From: Pirellulales bacterium
GTDB taxonomy: Bacteria; Planctomycetota; Planctomycetia; Pirellulales; UBA7805
Length of the DNA: 64,000 nucleotides
Assembly: GCA_046582885.1 (NCBI GenBank)
Contig: JAYGDO010000642.1
Span: 245 to 64,244, forward strand
Reading direction: 5' to 3'
Shown here piece by piece: positions 9,604 through 22,300 of the stretch (positions within the stretch are counted from its first letter, which is position 1; each line of letters starts with the position of its first letter). The notes under the pieces are model-generated. The model did no database searches and had not been told where the DNA came from. It worked only from the letters and a program-made list of their open reading frames with translations. The translations under genes were made by a program, and so were the position numbers.

Positions 9604-10443
9604 CTACCACGCAATTTTGGCGATGACCGGACAATGGTCCGATGGAAAACGGCCGTTTAACATTCGACTGTCGATCTGGTGTTCGAGAACTTCGACCCGT
9701 TTGTTGACGAACACAAAATCAATTCGTCGGTCTTTCTCGACCTGATCGCCGAACCCGTTCCACGTGCCCGTCGGACCGGTGTGCTTTGATCGTGTGATCT
9801 TCATTCCGTCTCGAAAACCGGCTGCTGCCAATTCCCCGTACGGTGCGGCATCGGGAAGACAATTTAAGTCGCCCATCACGACGACCGGCAGTTGCCGCTC
9901 ATTCAATTGTTCCACCCACTGCGCGATCAACGCGGCGCTGTTGCGCCTGGCTATCTTTCCTCGATGGTCAAAATGCGTATTGACTACCAGAAGAGACTGT
10001 TCGGACGTCCGGCTCTTCAACCAAGCAAACGTTGCAATCCTGGGCAGTGCTGCGTCCCAGCCCTTGCTACCAATCTTTTCAGGTGTGGGAGATAACCAGA
10101 TCGTTTTATGACGGGTGAGCTTGAATCGATCCGCCTGATAAAACACCGGAGAATATTCCCCCGATTTCTTGCCATCGTCGCGTCCAACACCAGTGCATGC
10201 ATAACCGGGAAGTTGTTTTTTTAGATTGGAGAGCTGACCGTGAAGGACCTCCTGCAACCCGGCAATATCGATGTTGTGGTCCTTGAAGATTCCGACAACC
10301 TGCGCCTTGCGAAATCGCCAGTTATTCAGGCCGTCGCGAGGATTGTCATATCGGATATTAAACGACATGACATTGATCGCTTCCGCTCCACTGGCTGCAG
10401 TAACCAACGAAGCCGGGAGTAAAATAATGATGAATCGCAACAT
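9604..10443 (-). CDS. Secreted endonuclease/exonuclease/phosphatase (EEP) family protein
   Basis: Signal peptide MLRFIIILLPASLVTAASGA. EEP motifs VMSFNIRYDN, VVNTHFDHRG, VVMGDLNC and PSDHCPV. Confidence 0.8.
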   Translation of the reverse strand: MLRFIIILLPASLVTAASGAEAINVMSFNIRYDNPRDGLNNWRFRKAQVVGIFKDHNIDIAGLQEVLHGQLSNLKKQLPGYACTGVGRDDGKKSGEYSPVFYQADRFKLTRHKTIWLSPTPEKIGSKGWDAALPRIATFAWLKSRTSEQSLLVVNTHFDHRGKIARRNSAALIAQWVEQLNERQLPVVVMGDLNCLPDAAPYGELAAAGFRDGMKITRSKHTGPTGTWNGFGDQVEKDRRIDFVFVNKRVEVLEHQIDSRMLNGRFPSDHCPVIAKIAW

Positions 10444-10779
10444 GGATCACTTCCTAGACGGGCAACTCGCTACCAACGCATCCCGTGACAACGGCCAATC
10501 GGAAATCGCGACCTTGGGAATGTATGAATCAAACATCTGTGATCAACGCCCAATCGTTGGAGTTTGGCGATGTGGATTCAACCACGCTTCCGCAACGTGG
10601 TCGCCAAAACAATCGGTCTTTCCAGCGTACAATTCCACCTTCTTCGCAGTGCCACCGGAGACAGTTAGGAGGCGGGAGAGGGCGGTGCCGACCACCGCAG
10701 CAAGGGGCTCGCGGCCGTTCGGGCGGGAGTAAGCCATCGTCGTTGAGGGTCTGGGCGTGAATGTTGTGGTTACAGTCGG

Positions 10780-11793
10780 TTACGGTTTCGAGATTGATTT
10801 GCGAATCGCGGTCCACATCTCCGCTGAAACGGAACCGTGATGCCAGAAGCCAAAGCCGGCCACACCCAGTTTTTTTACCGTTTCCAGATGCGCGGCCGTG
10901 CTCCGGGCATCGGATGCGTAGAATACCCGCGGGCGGCCGTCCTCGTCCAAATACCGATAAACGTGGATGTGCTCAAAAGGCCGCCAGGTGCGTTCCACTT
11001 TCGTGCCGTTGGATACCTCGGGTCGATCCCTGGGTACCTGCCGCCCCCGCTCGCCGGGCCGCAAGTCGTAGTCGTTTGAATACGCGGGCAAGCCGATGAC
11101 GAGTTTTTCGCGGGGGATATAGCGAAGCCAGAAGCGCGCCGCTTCCCCCGCCCACGGTGCTGTACTTGTCGGTCCGTGGCCCGGCTTTGACGCCAGGTGC
11201 TTGTCGTAGCACATGACCCGCACGAGATCACAGTGGGCCGCAATCGCTTTGGTGTCATAAAAGCCCGGATCCGGCGCAGCGCCCTGCATCTGGGGTGTAT
11301 AGGCCACGCAGATACTGAGCTTTTTGTTCGCCGCCCGCAACTTGCCGGCAAGATCGCGGATGAATTCTGTGTACGCCTTTCGATTGGACTTCGGAAGCGA
11401 TTCGTAGTCCAGGTCGATCCCGTCGAATCCGAGTTGTTGGCAGTCTTGTAGATAACCCTTAATGGTACGCTCGCGCAAGGGGGGAACGATGTTCTCCGCA
11501 GGTCCGCTGACGAGGCGGTAAGTTTCAACTCCCGCTTCCCGGATTTGTTTTACGAGCGCCGCGGTCGGTGCTCCAAACATGCTGACCGAAGCGACCATGT
11601 CGGTGTGCCCCTCTAAATCCGCGAAACTCTGCTCGCCGTGACAATGAAACCAGGTGTGTATCGGTTTGTCGGCGGCGGCCATTTCACCAATGGCCGAGCA
11701 GCAGGCCGCCCCGGTCAGGCAAGCGGCAATCAGGGACGCGCGGAATCGTCTGTAAGTTGTGTTGTTGCGGCTGGTCACGAGATGGCGGATCAA
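10780..11793 (-). CDS. Glycoside hydrolase family 18-like secreted protein
   Basis: GH18 catalytic-type motif FDGIDLDYE. The N-terminal hydrophobic region is preceded by YRRFRASL, which may be a Tat-like signal. Confidence 0.65.
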   Translation of the reverse strand: MIRHLVTSRNNTTYRRFRASLIAACLTGAACCSAIGEMAAADKPIHTWFHCHGEQSFADLEGHTDMVASVSMFGAPTAALVKQIREAGVETYRLVSGPAENIVPPLRERTIKGYLQDCQQLGFDGIDLDYESLPKSNRKAYTEFIRDLAGKLRAANKKLSICVAYTPQMQGAAPDPGFYDTKAIAAHCDLVRVMCYDKHLASKPGHGPTSTAPWAGEAARFWLRYIPREKLVIGLPAYSNDYDLRPGERGRQVPRDRPEVSNGTKVERTWRPFEHIHVYRYLDEDGRPRVFYASDARSTAAHLETVKKLGVAGFGFWHHGSVSAEMWTAIRKSISKP

Positions 11794-12244
11794 TCAGGCA
11801 GATTTCGGCAAGTGGGCTTCGGCTAACGGTCACGAGTTTATCAAGGGACCGATGTCAGCTCTAGGACTGAGCCGATCGGGATTTGAAACTTTTGCATACG
11901 AATTGCTTTTTCCTCCAGATTTAGCTGGGCCGGCTCGGTGATCGAATTTGCTTTGGAAAAACAACGGTCTGAATTTGGCGGCCGTGAATTCGTTCTCGTC
12001 TCGGTTTTTTTGATGGACGGCGGGCAAAGTTGCTGCTTCTTTGCGTTGGCAGCGTGTTGCTCACATTAGGCCGCCGAACACTGCGCTCGTTGACACCCCT
12101 GTTTTCGCCGCTCTAGAATGGCGGGTTCCCCATTGGTTCGGGGCGTGGCCGCCGCATTTGCAAATGGCGCCGTTGCCGCGTCGCGAACCTTTTTGGTGGC
12201 CTTGGGCACATAACCGTTTTAGTCTGCAAAAGGTAGAAAAAACC

Positions 12245-13126
12245 TTGGTTGAAGAAGCGATTGAAAAGGCGGATGTCCTGATTGAAGCTCTGAGCTGGAT
12301 CCGCCAGTTGCGCGACAAGATCACGGTGATCAAGTTGGGCGGCAGTGTCCTGGAAGACGCCGATTCGCTGCGGAGTTTGCTGGTTGATATTGTGTTTATG
12401 GAAACGGTTGGTATGCGGCCCGTTGTCGTCCACGGTGGCGGAGCGGCGATTAGCCGGGCGATGGAGTCATCCGGCCTAGAGCCGAAATTTATCAACGGCC
12501 GCCGCGTTACCGACGACGCGACACTACAGATCGTCGAAAAGGTCCTGGCTTACGAGACTAACGAATTGATTGCGGAGAAAATCGAGGAACTTGGCGGACG
12601 GGCCATGCCGCTCAATTTTCGCACGACGAATGTCCTGTTCGGTGAGCGGGCGCAATTTGCGACCGACAATGGGCGGCAAGTTGATCTGGGGCATGTGGGG
12701 CAGGTGACGCGGGTCGATCGTTCGACGATCGAAAACTTTTGTTATGCGGGCACCGTGCCGGTGATTCCATCAATGTGCTTTGGCCCGGACGACGAAAAGC
12801 TCAATGTCAACGCCGACACGGCGGCCAAAGCTGTGGCCGAATCGGTCGGCGCGGAGAAATTGGTCTTTCTTAGCGATGTCAACGGCGTGCGGGCCGACAA
12901 AGACGATCCACTTTCTCTGATCAGTTCTTTGGATTCGGCTCACGCGATTGAACTGATCGAATCCGGCTCGGTCAATTCCGGCATGATTCCCAAAGTTGAA
13001 GCGTGCTTGGAGACATTGGACCGTGGTGTTCGCAAAGTCCACATAATTGACGGACGGCTACGGCACTCGTTGTTGTTGGAAATCTACACCAACGAGGGTG
13101 TGGGCACGGAGATCGTCAAAGAGTAG
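12245..13126 (+). CDS. argB: Acetylglutamate kinase
   Basis: Amino-acid kinase motifs [11 protein letters not shown] and VVVHGGG, followed by argD and argF. The ORF opens at TTG 12041, but the conserved ArgB N-terminus ([23 protein letters not shown]) begins at in-frame TTG 12245, so the start is uncertain. Confidence 0.85.
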   Translation: MVEEAIEKADVLIEALSWIRQLRDKITVIKLGGSVLEDADSLRSLLVDIVFMETVGMRPVVVHGGGAAISRAMESSGLEPKFINGRRVTDDATLQIVEKVLAYETNELIAEKIEELGGRAMPLNFRTTNVLFGERAQFATDNGRQVDLGHVGQVTRVDRSTIENFCYAGTVPVIPSMCFGPDDEKLNVNADTAAKAVAESVGAEKLVFLSDVNGVRADKDDPLSLISSLDSAHAIELIESGSVNSGMIPKVEACLETLDRGVRKVHIIDGRLRHSLLLEIYTNEGVGTEIVKE

Positions 13127-13131
13127 TTGCC

Positions 13132-14337
13132 ATGCATACCGAGACGTTAGATTCTGCCGCTACGGTCGAACTGTTCAATCGCTTTGTGATTCCGAACTAT
13201 CCGCGCTTTCCCGTTTCCCTGGTGCGGGGAGAAGGATCGTACGTTTGGGACAGCGAAGGGAATCGGTATCTCGATCTCTTTCCGGGTTGGGGCTGTAATT
13301 TGCTGGGGCATTGTCCGCCGTCAGTGGTTCAGGCCGTCAGCCAACAACTGGAACAACTGATCCACGTGCCGAACACGTGGCATATGGAAGCGCAGGGACG
13401 CTGGGCGGAATTGTTGTCCGAGCGATCGTTCGGCGGCCAGGCGTTTTTCTGCAATTCGGGGACCGAAGCTAACGAGGCGGCCATCAAGTTAGCGCGGCTA
13501 CACACGCCGAAGCAGCGCTACAAAATCATTACTTTCGAGGGCGGCTTTCACGGGCGGACGTTGGGTTCAACGGCCGCCACGGCGCAGCCCAAATACCACG
13601 AAGGCCTGGGCCCGTTGATGGCCGGATTTGTCTATGCGCCATTCGGAGAATTGGATGCCGTTGAGCGGTTGGTTGACGACGAAACGGCCGCCATCCTGGT
13701 CGAGCCCGTGCAGGGCGAAGGGGGAATCAAACTGCCGGCGGACGGCTTTCTGCAAGGTTTGCGGCAACTGGCCGACGCCAATGAAATCCTGCTGATGTTC
13801 GACGAAGTCCAGTGCGGCAGCGGTCGCACCGGCGAGTGGTTTGCTTATCAGCATTTTGGCGTGACGCCTGATGTGATGACACTGGCTAAGGCGCTGTGCG
13901 GCGGTATCGCGGGGGCGGCGATGCTTACCACGAGTGAGATCGCGCCGAGCTTGCGGCCGGGTATGCACGCGGCCACGTTCGGCGGCAACCCGATCGCCGC
14001 CCGCGCCGGAATTGCGACGTTGGAAACGATCGCGCGCGAGAATTTGCTGGCCCGCGCGAAATCGCTCGGCGAGTTGTTCCACTCGCGGTTTGTCGAACTT
14101 CAAAAGAACTGCGACGCGGTTCGCGAAGTGCGCGTTCTCGGGCTGATGATCGGCGTCGAGTTGGGATTCGAGGGAGGGGCCGTACTAGAGAGGTGCCTGG
14201 AACGTAATTTGTTGGTGAATTGTACGCAAGGCAATGTAATACGACTTTTGCCGGCCATGACGCTCAGCGATGAACAGGCCAACCAGGGGTGCGACATTCT
14301 GTCTGAGGTGATCCAAGAAGTATCCGCAAAACAGTAG
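13132..14337 (+). CDS. argD: Acetylornithine aminotransferase
   Basis: Class-III aminotransferase motifs [26 protein letters not shown] and TLAKALCGG. Confidence 0.9.
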   Translation: MHTETLDSAATVELFNRFVIPNYPRFPVSLVRGEGSYVWDSEGNRYLDLFPGWGCNLLGHCPPSVVQAVSQQLEQLIHVPNTWHMEAQGRWAELLSERSFGGQAFFCNSGTEANEAAIKLARLHTPKQRYKIITFEGGFHGRTLGSTAATAQPKYHEGLGPLMAGFVYAPFGELDAVERLVDDETAAILVEPVQGEGGIKLPADGFLQGLRQLADANEILLMFDEVQCGSGRTGEWFAYQHFGVTPDVMTLAKALCGGIAGAAMLTTSEIAPSLRPGMHAATFGGNPIAARAGIATLETIARENLLARAKSLGELFHSRFVELQKNCDAVREVRVLGLMIGVELGFEGGAVLERCLERNLLVNCTQGNVIRLLPAMTLSDEQANQGCDILSEVIQEVSAKQ

Positions 14338-14344
14338 TAGCATC

Positions 14345-15262
14345 ATGCAAAATCTGGTCACACTGTTTGATTTGTCGCCCGCTGAAATCGAGGCGATTTT
14401 TGCGATCACTAAAGACCTGAAGACCAAGTATACGGATGGCTTACGCGAAGCGATCTTGCCGGGTCGCGTTGCCGCGCTGTTGTTTGAAAAGCCCTCGCTG
14501 CGGACGCGAGTGAGCTTCGAGGCTGGGATGGCGCACATGGGCGGTAGTACGCTTTTTCTGGGCGAGGATGTCGGCTTTGGCAAGCGGGAAAGCATAGCCG
14601 ATTTCGGCCGCGTGCTAAGCCAGTACGTTGATGCGATTGTGATCCGATCCAAGCAGCACGACACGGTGGTGGAGTTGACGCGGCATTCCAGTTGCAGCGT
14701 GATCAATGGACTGACCGACCTCGCCCATCCGTGTCAGGCCTTGGCCGACCTGTACACGCTTAGCGAGCGTTGCGGTTCGCTGGTAGGCCAGAAGCTAGCG
14801 TGGGTTGGCGATGCCAACAACGTCGCCCGCAGTCTGGCCATCGGCTGCGCGAAAGTCGGAATGAAATTCGCTGTCGCGGTGCCGGAGAAATATCGTTTCC
14901 CGTCCGATTTTCTCAATCGGTTGCAAGATGACGTACCTAACCATCAGACCACGGTCACCTGCGATGCGAAGCAAGCCGTGTGCGATGCGATCGCGATTTA
15001 CACCGACGTTTGGGCAAGCATGGGACAAGAAAAGGAACTCGAACAGCGGAAGCTCGATTTTGCGGCCTATCAAGTTAACGGCGAATTGATGTCGGCGGCC
15101 GGACCTGATACGGTGTTCATGCACTGCCTGCCTGCGAAACGCGGTTTAGAGGTCAGCGGCGAAGTGATTGACGGATCGCAGAGCATTGTGGTCGAACAGG
15201 CCGCCAATCGTATGCATGTACAAAAAGGAATTCTCGCTTGGCTGCTAGGGACGAAAAGTTAA
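14345..15262 (+). CDS. argF: Ornithine carbamoyltransferase
   Basis: Carbamoyl-phosphate motif SLRTRVSFE, plus HPCQALAD and HCLPA. Confidence 0.9.
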   Translation: MQNLVTLFDLSPAEIEAIFAITKDLKTKYTDGLREAILPGRVAALLFEKPSLRTRVSFEAGMAHMGGSTLFLGEDVGFGKRESIADFGRVLSQYVDAIVIRSKQHDTVVELTRHSSCSVINGLTDLAHPCQALADLYTLSERCGSLVGQKLAWVGDANNVARSLAIGCAKVGMKFAVAVPEKYRFPSDFLNRLQDDVPNHQTTVTCDAKQAVCDAIAIYTDVWASMGQEKELEQRKLDFAAYQVNGELMSAAGPDTVFMHCLPAKRGLEVSGEVIDGSQSIVVEQAANRMHVQKGILAWLLGTKS

Positions 15263-15987
15263 AAACGGCCAACCGTCGGCGCGACGAGTTGCGGCCGATC
15301 AAAATCAAACGCCGCTATACGCGCAGCTCCGCAGGTAGCGTGCTGATTCAGGCTGGCCGGACCAGGGTATTGTGTGCGGCGAGCGTCGACGAGGGCGTGC
15401 CCGGCTGGTTGGCCGGACAAGGCAAGGGCTGGATTACCGCCGAGTACAGCATGCTGCCCGGCAGCACGAGTCCGCGCAACCGCCGTGATCGCGGCGGCAA
15501 AGTGGACGGCCGCACGACGGAAATCCAGCGGCTCATCGGTCGTAGCCTCCGCGCAGTCGCCGACTTGGAGGCGCTCGGTGAGCGTTTGATCACAGTGGAT
15601 TGCGACGTGTTGGAGGCCGACGGGGGCACCCGTACGGCCAGCATCACGGGTGCATTTATTGCGCTGGTGGATGCGATTCACACGATTCGAAAAGACCTGC
15701 CCGATCCGCGTCGTTATCCGCTGGGTGACAGTGTCGCCGCCGTCAGCGTCGGCGTCGTCAAAGGCAGGCCGACGCTCGATTTGGATTATGAACTGGATGT
15801 TGCGGCCGCGGTCGACATGAATGTTGTGCTAACCGGTGGCGGTCGCTTCGTCGAAATTCAGGGAACCGGTGAAGAAGCGACCTTCAGCCAAGACGATCTG
15901 GATGCCCTGCTGCGGCTGGCAAGAGGCGGAATCAAGAAGCTGACCGAGATTCAAAAGGACGCCCTCGGAAAAGTTTGGCCGTTTTAG
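15238..15987 (+). CDS. rph: Ribonuclease PH
   Basis: [51 protein letters not shown] and [19 protein letters not shown]. The start overlaps the end of argF and is uncertain. Confidence 0.9.
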   Translation: MAARDEKLKTANRRRDELRPIKIKRRYTRSSAGSVLIQAGRTRVLCAASVDEGVPGWLAGQGKGWITAEYSMLPGSTSPRNRRDRGGKVDGRTTEIQRLIGRSLRAVADLEALGERLITVDCDVLEADGGTRTASITGAFIALVDAIHTIRKDLPDPRRYPLGDSVAAVSVGVVKGRPTLDLDYELDVAAAVDMNVVLTGGGRFVEIQGTGEEATFSQDDLDALLRLARGGIKKLTEIQKDALGKVWPF

Positions 15988-16009
15988 CTCGATATCGCCT
16001 CCGCCGTCG

Positions 16010-16846
16010 TCAAAGCCGCAGCGCTTTGAACTTCTTGATTTGATTTGTGATGGCGATTTCCGTCGGCAACCGCTCCATGGAACTGGCACCGTAGAAACCA
16101 TCAATGCCGTCGACGCGTTCGACGATATATTGGGCGTCCTGGGGCGCGGCGATGGGGCCGCCGTGACAAAGCATGATCACGTCGTCCCGAATATTCTTGG
16201 CCGCGTCGACAATGGACTTGATGCGCTGGACGCAGTCGTCCAGTGGCGTCGCCGTCTCGACGCCGATCGTGCCGCCAATCGTGCAGCCCATGTGGGCTAC
16301 GATGATGTCCGCGCCGGCCCCGGCCATTTGCTGCGCTTCTTCCGTGTTGAACACATATGGCGTGGTAAGCAAGTCCATTTCGTGCGCCTGTGCGATGATA
16401 TCGACTTCCAATTGGTAACTCATGCCGGTTTCTTCCAGCGTCTGCCGGAAGTTACCGTCGATCAAACCAACGGTTGGAAAATTTTGAATCCCGGCGAAGC
16501 CCAGTTCTTGCAGCTCCCGTAAAAATAAGTCGGGAATGATGAAGGGATCCGTGCCGTTGACGCCGGCCAGCACGGGCGTGTGTTTGACGACAGGGATGAC
16601 TTCGAAGGCCATTTCTTTGACAATTTGGTTGGCATTTCCGTATGCCATCAGGCCCGCTGTCGATCCGCGGCCCGCCATGCGATAGCGGCCTGAGTTGTAA
16701 ATGACGATCAAATCGATGCCGCCGGCCTCTTCGCACTTGGCGGAAATCCCCGTACCGGCGCCACCGCCGATGACCGGTTCGCCGCGGGCGATTTGTTCTC
16801 GCAGTCGATCCAAGATTGCTTGCCGCGAATTGTCAACGGGATTCAT
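16010..16846 (-). CDS. Phosphoenolpyruvate-hydrolase-like TIM-barrel protein (TIM-barrel signal transduction family)
   Basis: ORF track. Pattern [35 protein letters not shown]...HGGP is typical of this family. Recognised from memory. Confidence 0.6.
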   Translation of the reverse strand: MNPVDNSRQAILDRLREQIARGEPVIGGGAGTGISAKCEEAGGIDLIVIYNSGRYRMAGRGSTAGLMAYGNANQIVKEMAFEVIPVVKHTPVLAGVNGTDPFIIPDLFLRELQELGFAGIQNFPTVGLIDGNFRQTLEETGMSYQLEVDIIAQAHEMDLLTTPYVFNTEEAQQMAGAGADIIVAHMGCTIGGTIGVETATPLDDCVQRIKSIVDAAKNIRDDVIMLCHGGPIAAPQDAQYIVERVDGIDGFYGASSMERLPTEIAITNQIKKFKALRL

Positions 16847-17090
16847 GATTTGTGTCCATCGGCTTTAGGGGAGCTAAGTCCGAAACGCCGGCGAGAAGAA
16901 ATGCCATCCGGACACGCCGGCGCTCCGGTTTCCGACCAGTCCGATTCTATTGTCTTATGGAGACTCATTGAATCGCAAGTGCCTGGCGGGCCGTCAAAAA
17001 ACCGGATTCGGCACTTCATTTGGCGACGGCGATGGGCCACAATGGTTGGCACCCGCAACTTTTCTGACCTGACCTACTGGAGATTCCGCG

Positions 17091-17996
17091 ATGCGAAACA
17101 GAAGTTTTGTTCTGAACGTCTTGATAGTGACCGCTGTGACGGCAAATTTCATGGCAGCAGGTTCCGCTGCCGCTGCGGATAAACTTAAGCTGTTGATCAT
17201 CGACGGTCAAAATAATCATAACTGGCGGGCGACGACTCCGGTCTTGGAGGGTTTTCTCAGCAAGTCGGGTCGATACGAGGTGACCGTCGCTACGACGCCG
17301 ACCAACGGGAACGCTCCGGCGGACGCGTGGAAGGCGTTCAATCCGGATTTTTCGAAGTACGACGTCGTGTTGAGCAACTACAACGGGCAGATGTGGCCGG
17401 ACGGCGTAAAGGCCAACTTTGAGAAGTATGTGTCCAACGGCGGAGCTGTCTGCATCGTTCACGCGGCGAACAACGCTTTTACGAATTGGGCGGAATTCAA
17501 CAGGATGATAGGTCTCGGTTGGCGGGGCGCGAGTTTCGGCGACCGGATCACGTTTAGTAATGACGGCAAGCTCGTTCGCACGCCGAAGGGCCAGGGCCCC
17601 GGCGCCGGTCATGGACCGCAGCATGACTTTTCGATCATTGTTCGCCAGCCGGAACATCCCGTCATGGAAGGATTGCCTCGCGAATGGATGCACGCCAAAG
17701 ACGAACTCTATCACGGTCAACGTGGACCGGCCGCGGACATGCACATTCTCGCCACGGCGTTGGCCGCCAAGGGCGGAACCAACGCGCATGAGCCGATGGT
17801 TTGGTGGATTCCCTATGGCAAAGGAAAGGTTTTCACGACCGTGATGGGGCACAGCGACTACTCGATGACGTGTGTCGGTTTTCAGACGGTGGTCTTGCGA
17901 GGTTGTGAGTGGGCCGCTACCGGCAAAGTCAGTTTTAAGGTGCCGGACACCTTTCCGGGCGTGGAAAAGGTCAGTGTGAGCGACCCCCGCAAGTAA
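17091..17996 (+). CDS. Secreted ThuA-domain protein
   Basis: Signal peptide followed by LLIIDGQNNHNW and a C-terminal TVMGHSDYSM... pattern, typical of planctomycete ThuA-like proteins. Confidence 0.7.
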   Translation: MRNRSFVLNVLIVTAVTANFMAAGSAAAADKLKLLIIDGQNNHNWRATTPVLEGFLSKSGRYEVTVATTPTNGNAPADAWKAFNPDFSKYDVVLSNYNGQMWPDGVKANFEKYVSNGGAVCIVHAANNAFTNWAEFNRMIGLGWRGASFGDRITFSNDGKLVRTPKGQGPGAGHGPQHDFSIIVRQPEHPVMEGLPREWMHAKDELYHGQRGPAADMHILATALAAKGGTNAHEPMVWWIPYGKGKVFTTVMGHSDYSMTCVGFQTVVLRGCEWAATGKVSFKVPDTFPGVEKVSVSDPRK

Positions 17997-18055
17997 GGGA
18001 CAACCGTCTGGCCGCGTTTTTTCTATCGTTGGGCTGAAGAAAGGCCGGCCGTGGC

Positions 18056-19312
18056 ATGCAGCATTCGATCGACGTAGCGGAGTTGGCCGCCCACGGGCCG
18101 CAGATGACCGGCGCGGTGGAGGCGTGCGTGCATTGCGGATTCTGCTTGCCGGTCTGCCCGACGTATCTCGAACTGGGCGAAGAAATGGATTCGCCACGCG
18201 GCCGCATCTTCTTGATGAAAGAGGTGCTCGAAGGCCGGCTTGCGCACGGTCAGGTTGCGCCCTACATTGACCGCTGTCTGGGCTGTCTGGGCTGTGTGAC
18301 CGCGTGTCCGTCGGGAGTTCAATACGGCGAATTGCTGACTCCTTTTCGAGCGATGGGCGAGCCTGAACGACGGCGTCCTTTAGCGGATCGGCTGCTTCGT
18401 TGGCTGATGCTCAGCACGCTCCCGTATCCCCGCCGATTCCGTATGCTGCTTCGCAGTGGGAGGGTGGCGAAGTCGTTGAGATGGCTTTTGCCCGGACGAA
18501 TGCGACAAATGGTGGATCTGCTTCCCACAAACGTACAGAAGCTGCCCGGGTTGCCGGAAGTTTTCCCCGCCGTGGGTGCCCGCCGTGGCCGCGTCGCATT
18601 GTTGGCCGGTTGTGCCCAGCAGGTGCTCGCACCTCAGATCAATTGGGCGACGCTACGTGTGCTTGCCTGCAACGGTGTCGAAACGGTCGTTCCCAAAGCA
18701 CAGCAATGCTGCGGCGCGCTAGCTGCTCACACAGGGGCCGCAAGCCGGGCGGTTCGACAAGCGCGGCACAACCTGGGCGCTTTTCCCGACGATGTCGACG
18801 CGGTCGTGACCAATGCCGCCGGCTGTGGATCCGGAATGCACGAGTATCCGCAATGGCTGGCTGGCGATTCGATGCAGGAACAAGCCGAGCGGTTCGCAAA
18901 AAAAGTTGTTGATGTGAGTCGATACCTTCACGATCTCGGCAATGTTATTTCGGCGGAACTGCCTCGACCAATGCGTGTCGCCTACCACGACGCCTGCCAT
19001 CTGGCTCACGCTCAGCGAGTCCGCTCGGAACCTCGAGCGGTGCTCGCAAAGGTCGGCAATCTTGAACTTTTGGAAATACCCGACGGCGAGATTTGTTGCG
19101 GATCGGCCGGCACCTACAACCTCGAACAACCCAAAATTGCGCAGCAACTCGGCGCTCGCAAGGCCTCCTCCATCAAGGGCATCGGCGCCGACGCGGTGGC
19201 GACCGGCAACATCGGCTGCATCACGCAATTGCAATCGCACCTCGCGGAATCGGGGCAGACGTTACCGGTCTACCACACGATGGAATTGCTGGATTTAGCG
19301 TACCAAAGTTGA
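18056..19312 (+). CDS. (Fe-S)-binding oxidoreductase subunit, GlcF / heterodisulfide-reductase-like
   Basis: Two ferredoxin-type clusters ([12 protein letters not shown] and [12 protein letters not shown]) and two cysteine-rich CCG-type domains (QQCCGALAA and EICCGSAG). Confidence 0.8.
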   Translation: MQHSIDVAELAAHGPQMTGAVEACVHCGFCLPVCPTYLELGEEMDSPRGRIFLMKEVLEGRLAHGQVAPYIDRCLGCLGCVTACPSGVQYGELLTPFRAMGEPERRRPLADRLLRWLMLSTLPYPRRFRMLLRSGRVAKSLRWLLPGRMRQMVDLLPTNVQKLPGLPEVFPAVGARRGRVALLAGCAQQVLAPQINWATLRVLACNGVETVVPKAQQCCGALAAHTGAASRAVRQARHNLGAFPDDVDAVVTNAAGCGSGMHEYPQWLAGDSMQEQAERFAKKVVDVSRYLHDLGNVISAELPRPMRVAYHDACHLAHAQRVRSEPRAVLAKVGNLELLEIPDGEICCGSAGTYNLEQPKIAQQLGARKASSIKGIGADAVATGNIGCITQLQSHLAESGQTLPVYHTMELLDLAYQS

Positions 19313-19366
19313 GGACAGCAGCGCGGTTCCATCGTTGTGCGAAACGTCGGCAGAGAACCGTGGGCT

Positions 19367-22300
19367 CTACCAGCCGGCAAATGTCGCGTCGACCGCTGAA
19401 ATATCGAGAGATGTCCGGCAAACGCCAGGTTCGAGCCAACCGTACATCAGGTCATCTCTGGCATCAATGTCGTAGGTGCTTTCTAGTCCCGCGATGTGCC
19501 CCAGTGCGTGCATGGTGACGGTGAGGAGGTCCATTCTGTGGGGGTGATGCGATATGCCGGCTGCCGTGTCGAAATCTGCGGGGTGCAACCCATGCGTCTC
19601 GCTCGCGTGCCACCCGTGGCCGGCCGCGTTTACGTCGATGGTGATTGAATGATCCAGCGCTAGCCCGAGCGTTGCGCCGGGCAGATCGGCAACGACTGTC
19701 TCGACGTTGGCGAACAGGTCGGCATCGAGGCCCAGTTCGCCCAGCCTTTCGACGGCGATAGTGACCGTTGCAGCCAGTTGAGCCGGATCCAACTCTGGAG
19801 CTTGGACATCCGACTCGGCGGTCTGCTGGACGGCGGAAGTCAGCAACCGAGCAGCCACGCCGGCCGCAGGAGAAAATTCACTTGTGTTGCCGTCGGCATC
19901 CGTGGCGGTGGCGACGATGGAGTCGTTGAAGGAGGCGGGGCCGGCGGCGATGTTGGCGGTCGTTGCACCGGGACCGCTGATTTTGTCCTGTCCTAAAAAC
20001 GTGCCGCTATCCGCGGCGTTGGCTAAGAAGAATTCTACGGTGATCGGGTAAGCCGCATTCGCCGGGGCGGAGGACATCGAATATTCGATCTGTAGCAGTT
20101 TTTCATGATTGAGCGTTATAAACTCGAGGTCCGGGCTGTTCTGCAAATTGTTTGGGCCCCTGTCAGCATCGTCGGCATCATTTGGCGTGGTACTGAGGCT
20201 GCCGATTGCAATGTCCAGCCCGCCGTTGTCGTGAATTGAATTGCGTCGAACTTGGTTGCCGGTCCACGCGCGGCCGGAAACAAACACTCCGGTACGTCGG
20301 TTGTGCGCAATCACATTTCCGGCGCCCGCCGCCTCTCCACCGATGGTTGTGCCGGCCACACGTTTGGCGATCAGCACTCCATAATCGTTTCCAATCGCCA
20401 TAATCCGGTCGGCACCGACTCCAATTGCGTTTCCTTCAATCCGATTTCGGTCGCTGCCCGCCTGTGTAATTCTCACCGCTGCCCCGGCGTTTCCGCTGAT
20501 GATGTTTCCGGAGCCGGTCGTGCTGCCACCAATCTTGTTATCCGCGGAGTCAATTATGAAAATTCCGTGCCGACCGTTTGCCACTCGGGTGTCCCCGCTT
20601 GCGCTGATGCCAATACGGTTTCCTTGCAGATGGTTGTTGACGGACCGCAAGATGATTACGCCGTGTTTGGCGTTGCCCGAAATCGTGTTGCCTGCGCCGT
20701 CAGTCGAACCGCCAATGGTGTTGTTGGGTGCGGCGACCAGCATGATCCCGTTGGTGTTTTCCAGCGGCTCGTCGCCGCTGGCGGTCGTCCCAATCAGGTT
20801 GCCAATAACCGTGTTTCCGGAGGTGCGGGTTCGGTCCATTCGTATTCCGGCTTTCAAATTTCCGGCAATCTGATTTTGTTCGCCGATCGTCTCGCCACCG
20901 ATGACGTTGCCCTCGGCCGAAATGACTTGTACGCCGTAGTGATTCGGCAAGGCGGCGTCACCGGACCGGTTTGTGCCAATGCGGTTTCCCTGTACACCGT
21001 TGTCGTTTGCAACGAGCAGAATGCCCGCGGTCTGGTTTCCGGAAATCGTATTGCCCAGGTCGCCACGTCCGCCGATCTGATTGTGCGTACCTCCGCGAAT
21101 ATCGATACCGGCTTTATTGCCGACGGCGACACTTCCGGAGAAATCCGTGCCGATCAAATTTCGAAGGATGCGGTTGTCGGTGGACGATTTGCCACTGATC
21201 CGCAGGCCCGGCTCATCGTTGCCGGAGATAACGTTCGCTAGAATGGTGTTGTCGGAGGACTTGTTCAGCCGTATGCCGTTGCCATTGGGTCGAGCTGATG
21301 TCCCTGTAAGGTCCGTACCGATGTAGTTTGCTTCAACAGTATGCCCGTTGCTGCTGGCCAACCGGATTCCCGCATCCGAGAATCCGTTGATGGCCAATCC
21401 ACGGATCGTACTGCCGTCGCCGCGAACAACGAATCCGCTGGCTTCGGGTCCCGTACCGGCTCCGCTGACTTCAACGGCCGGCTGGCCGGAGTAGTCGGGA
21501 TCGCTAAGGCCGTCGATGACGACTGATTCGGTGATCGGTGGGAGTGGTGATTGTGGAGCGATGGTGTGCGGGCCCGGGCCGGGGACATCAAACGTGATCG
21601 TATCGCTACCGGGAAATGCATTCGCGCATTCGATGGCGGTCCGCAGCGAACCCAGGCCGTTATCCTGGATATTGGTGACCTTCAGGCATGACACAAACTC
21701 CACCTGCGTTGAGCTCAATATTTCTTCCACAACCTTGTCGGCCAAAACTTCAGAACCATAGGTGGTGTAATGCACGTCGCCGAGAATCTGTGTTTCGCTC
21801 AGCTGCGGAAGCACAAAGGAGTGGAGGTCATTGGCCCTGATGTTTGCCGTTTCCATAACATTTGCGGCAACCTCGTTGTAGATTCCCTCGTCGCCGGAAT
21901 CGCGGAGGGGAGAGAGTGGGACGCCGGTTGGAACGGGCGTTGTGGTTGCCCAGATCAACTCGGCGCCCGTCTCCTGCATGCGCTCGATGAGTTGGTTTAG
22001 GTTCGCAGCATACTCATCGGACGGTACCTTGTGCTGGCCGCCTTTGATTTTGATGTCGTGCAGTCCCCAATTGAAATGTATGACATCCCAGTGATCGTTG
22101 CCTAGCCATTCGTCGATCCGCTGTAGGCTGTGCTCTGAAGATCTTCCGTTGACAGGGATGCGGAACACGTTGGCGAGCGTCCCCATCGTTTCCCGCACCG
22201 GCCCGGTGTATCCCATGGAAATCGAATCACCAATGATCAGTACGTTGGGCAAGTCGGCGACGACGGGAATCTCTCCCGTTGTGGCGGTTGACGGCATCGA

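Noticed and set aside
12041-12244. N-terminal 68-codon extension of the argB ORF (TTG start)
   Set aside because: The extension is Trp/Pro-rich and unlike ArgB N-termini. The conserved region begins at in-frame TTG 12245, which gives a typical ArgB length.
17047-17062. TGGCAC upstream of the ThuA gene, considered as a sigma-54 -24 element
   Set aside because: The required -12 TTGC element is absent at the correct spacing (the sequence reads TGGCACCCGCAACTT).
17016-18197. 393-aa minus-strand ORF
   Set aside because: It is antisense to the well-supported ThuA-domain gene and the start of the Fe-S gene. The sequence is Arg/Pro/Ser-rich and low in complexity, typical of a shadow ORF in GC-rich DNA.
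20252-21241. 329-aa plus-strand ORF
   Set aside because: It lies entirely inside, and antisense to, the 1033-aa SGNH/beta-helix gene. It has no motifs and is a shadow ORF created by the repeat codon structure.
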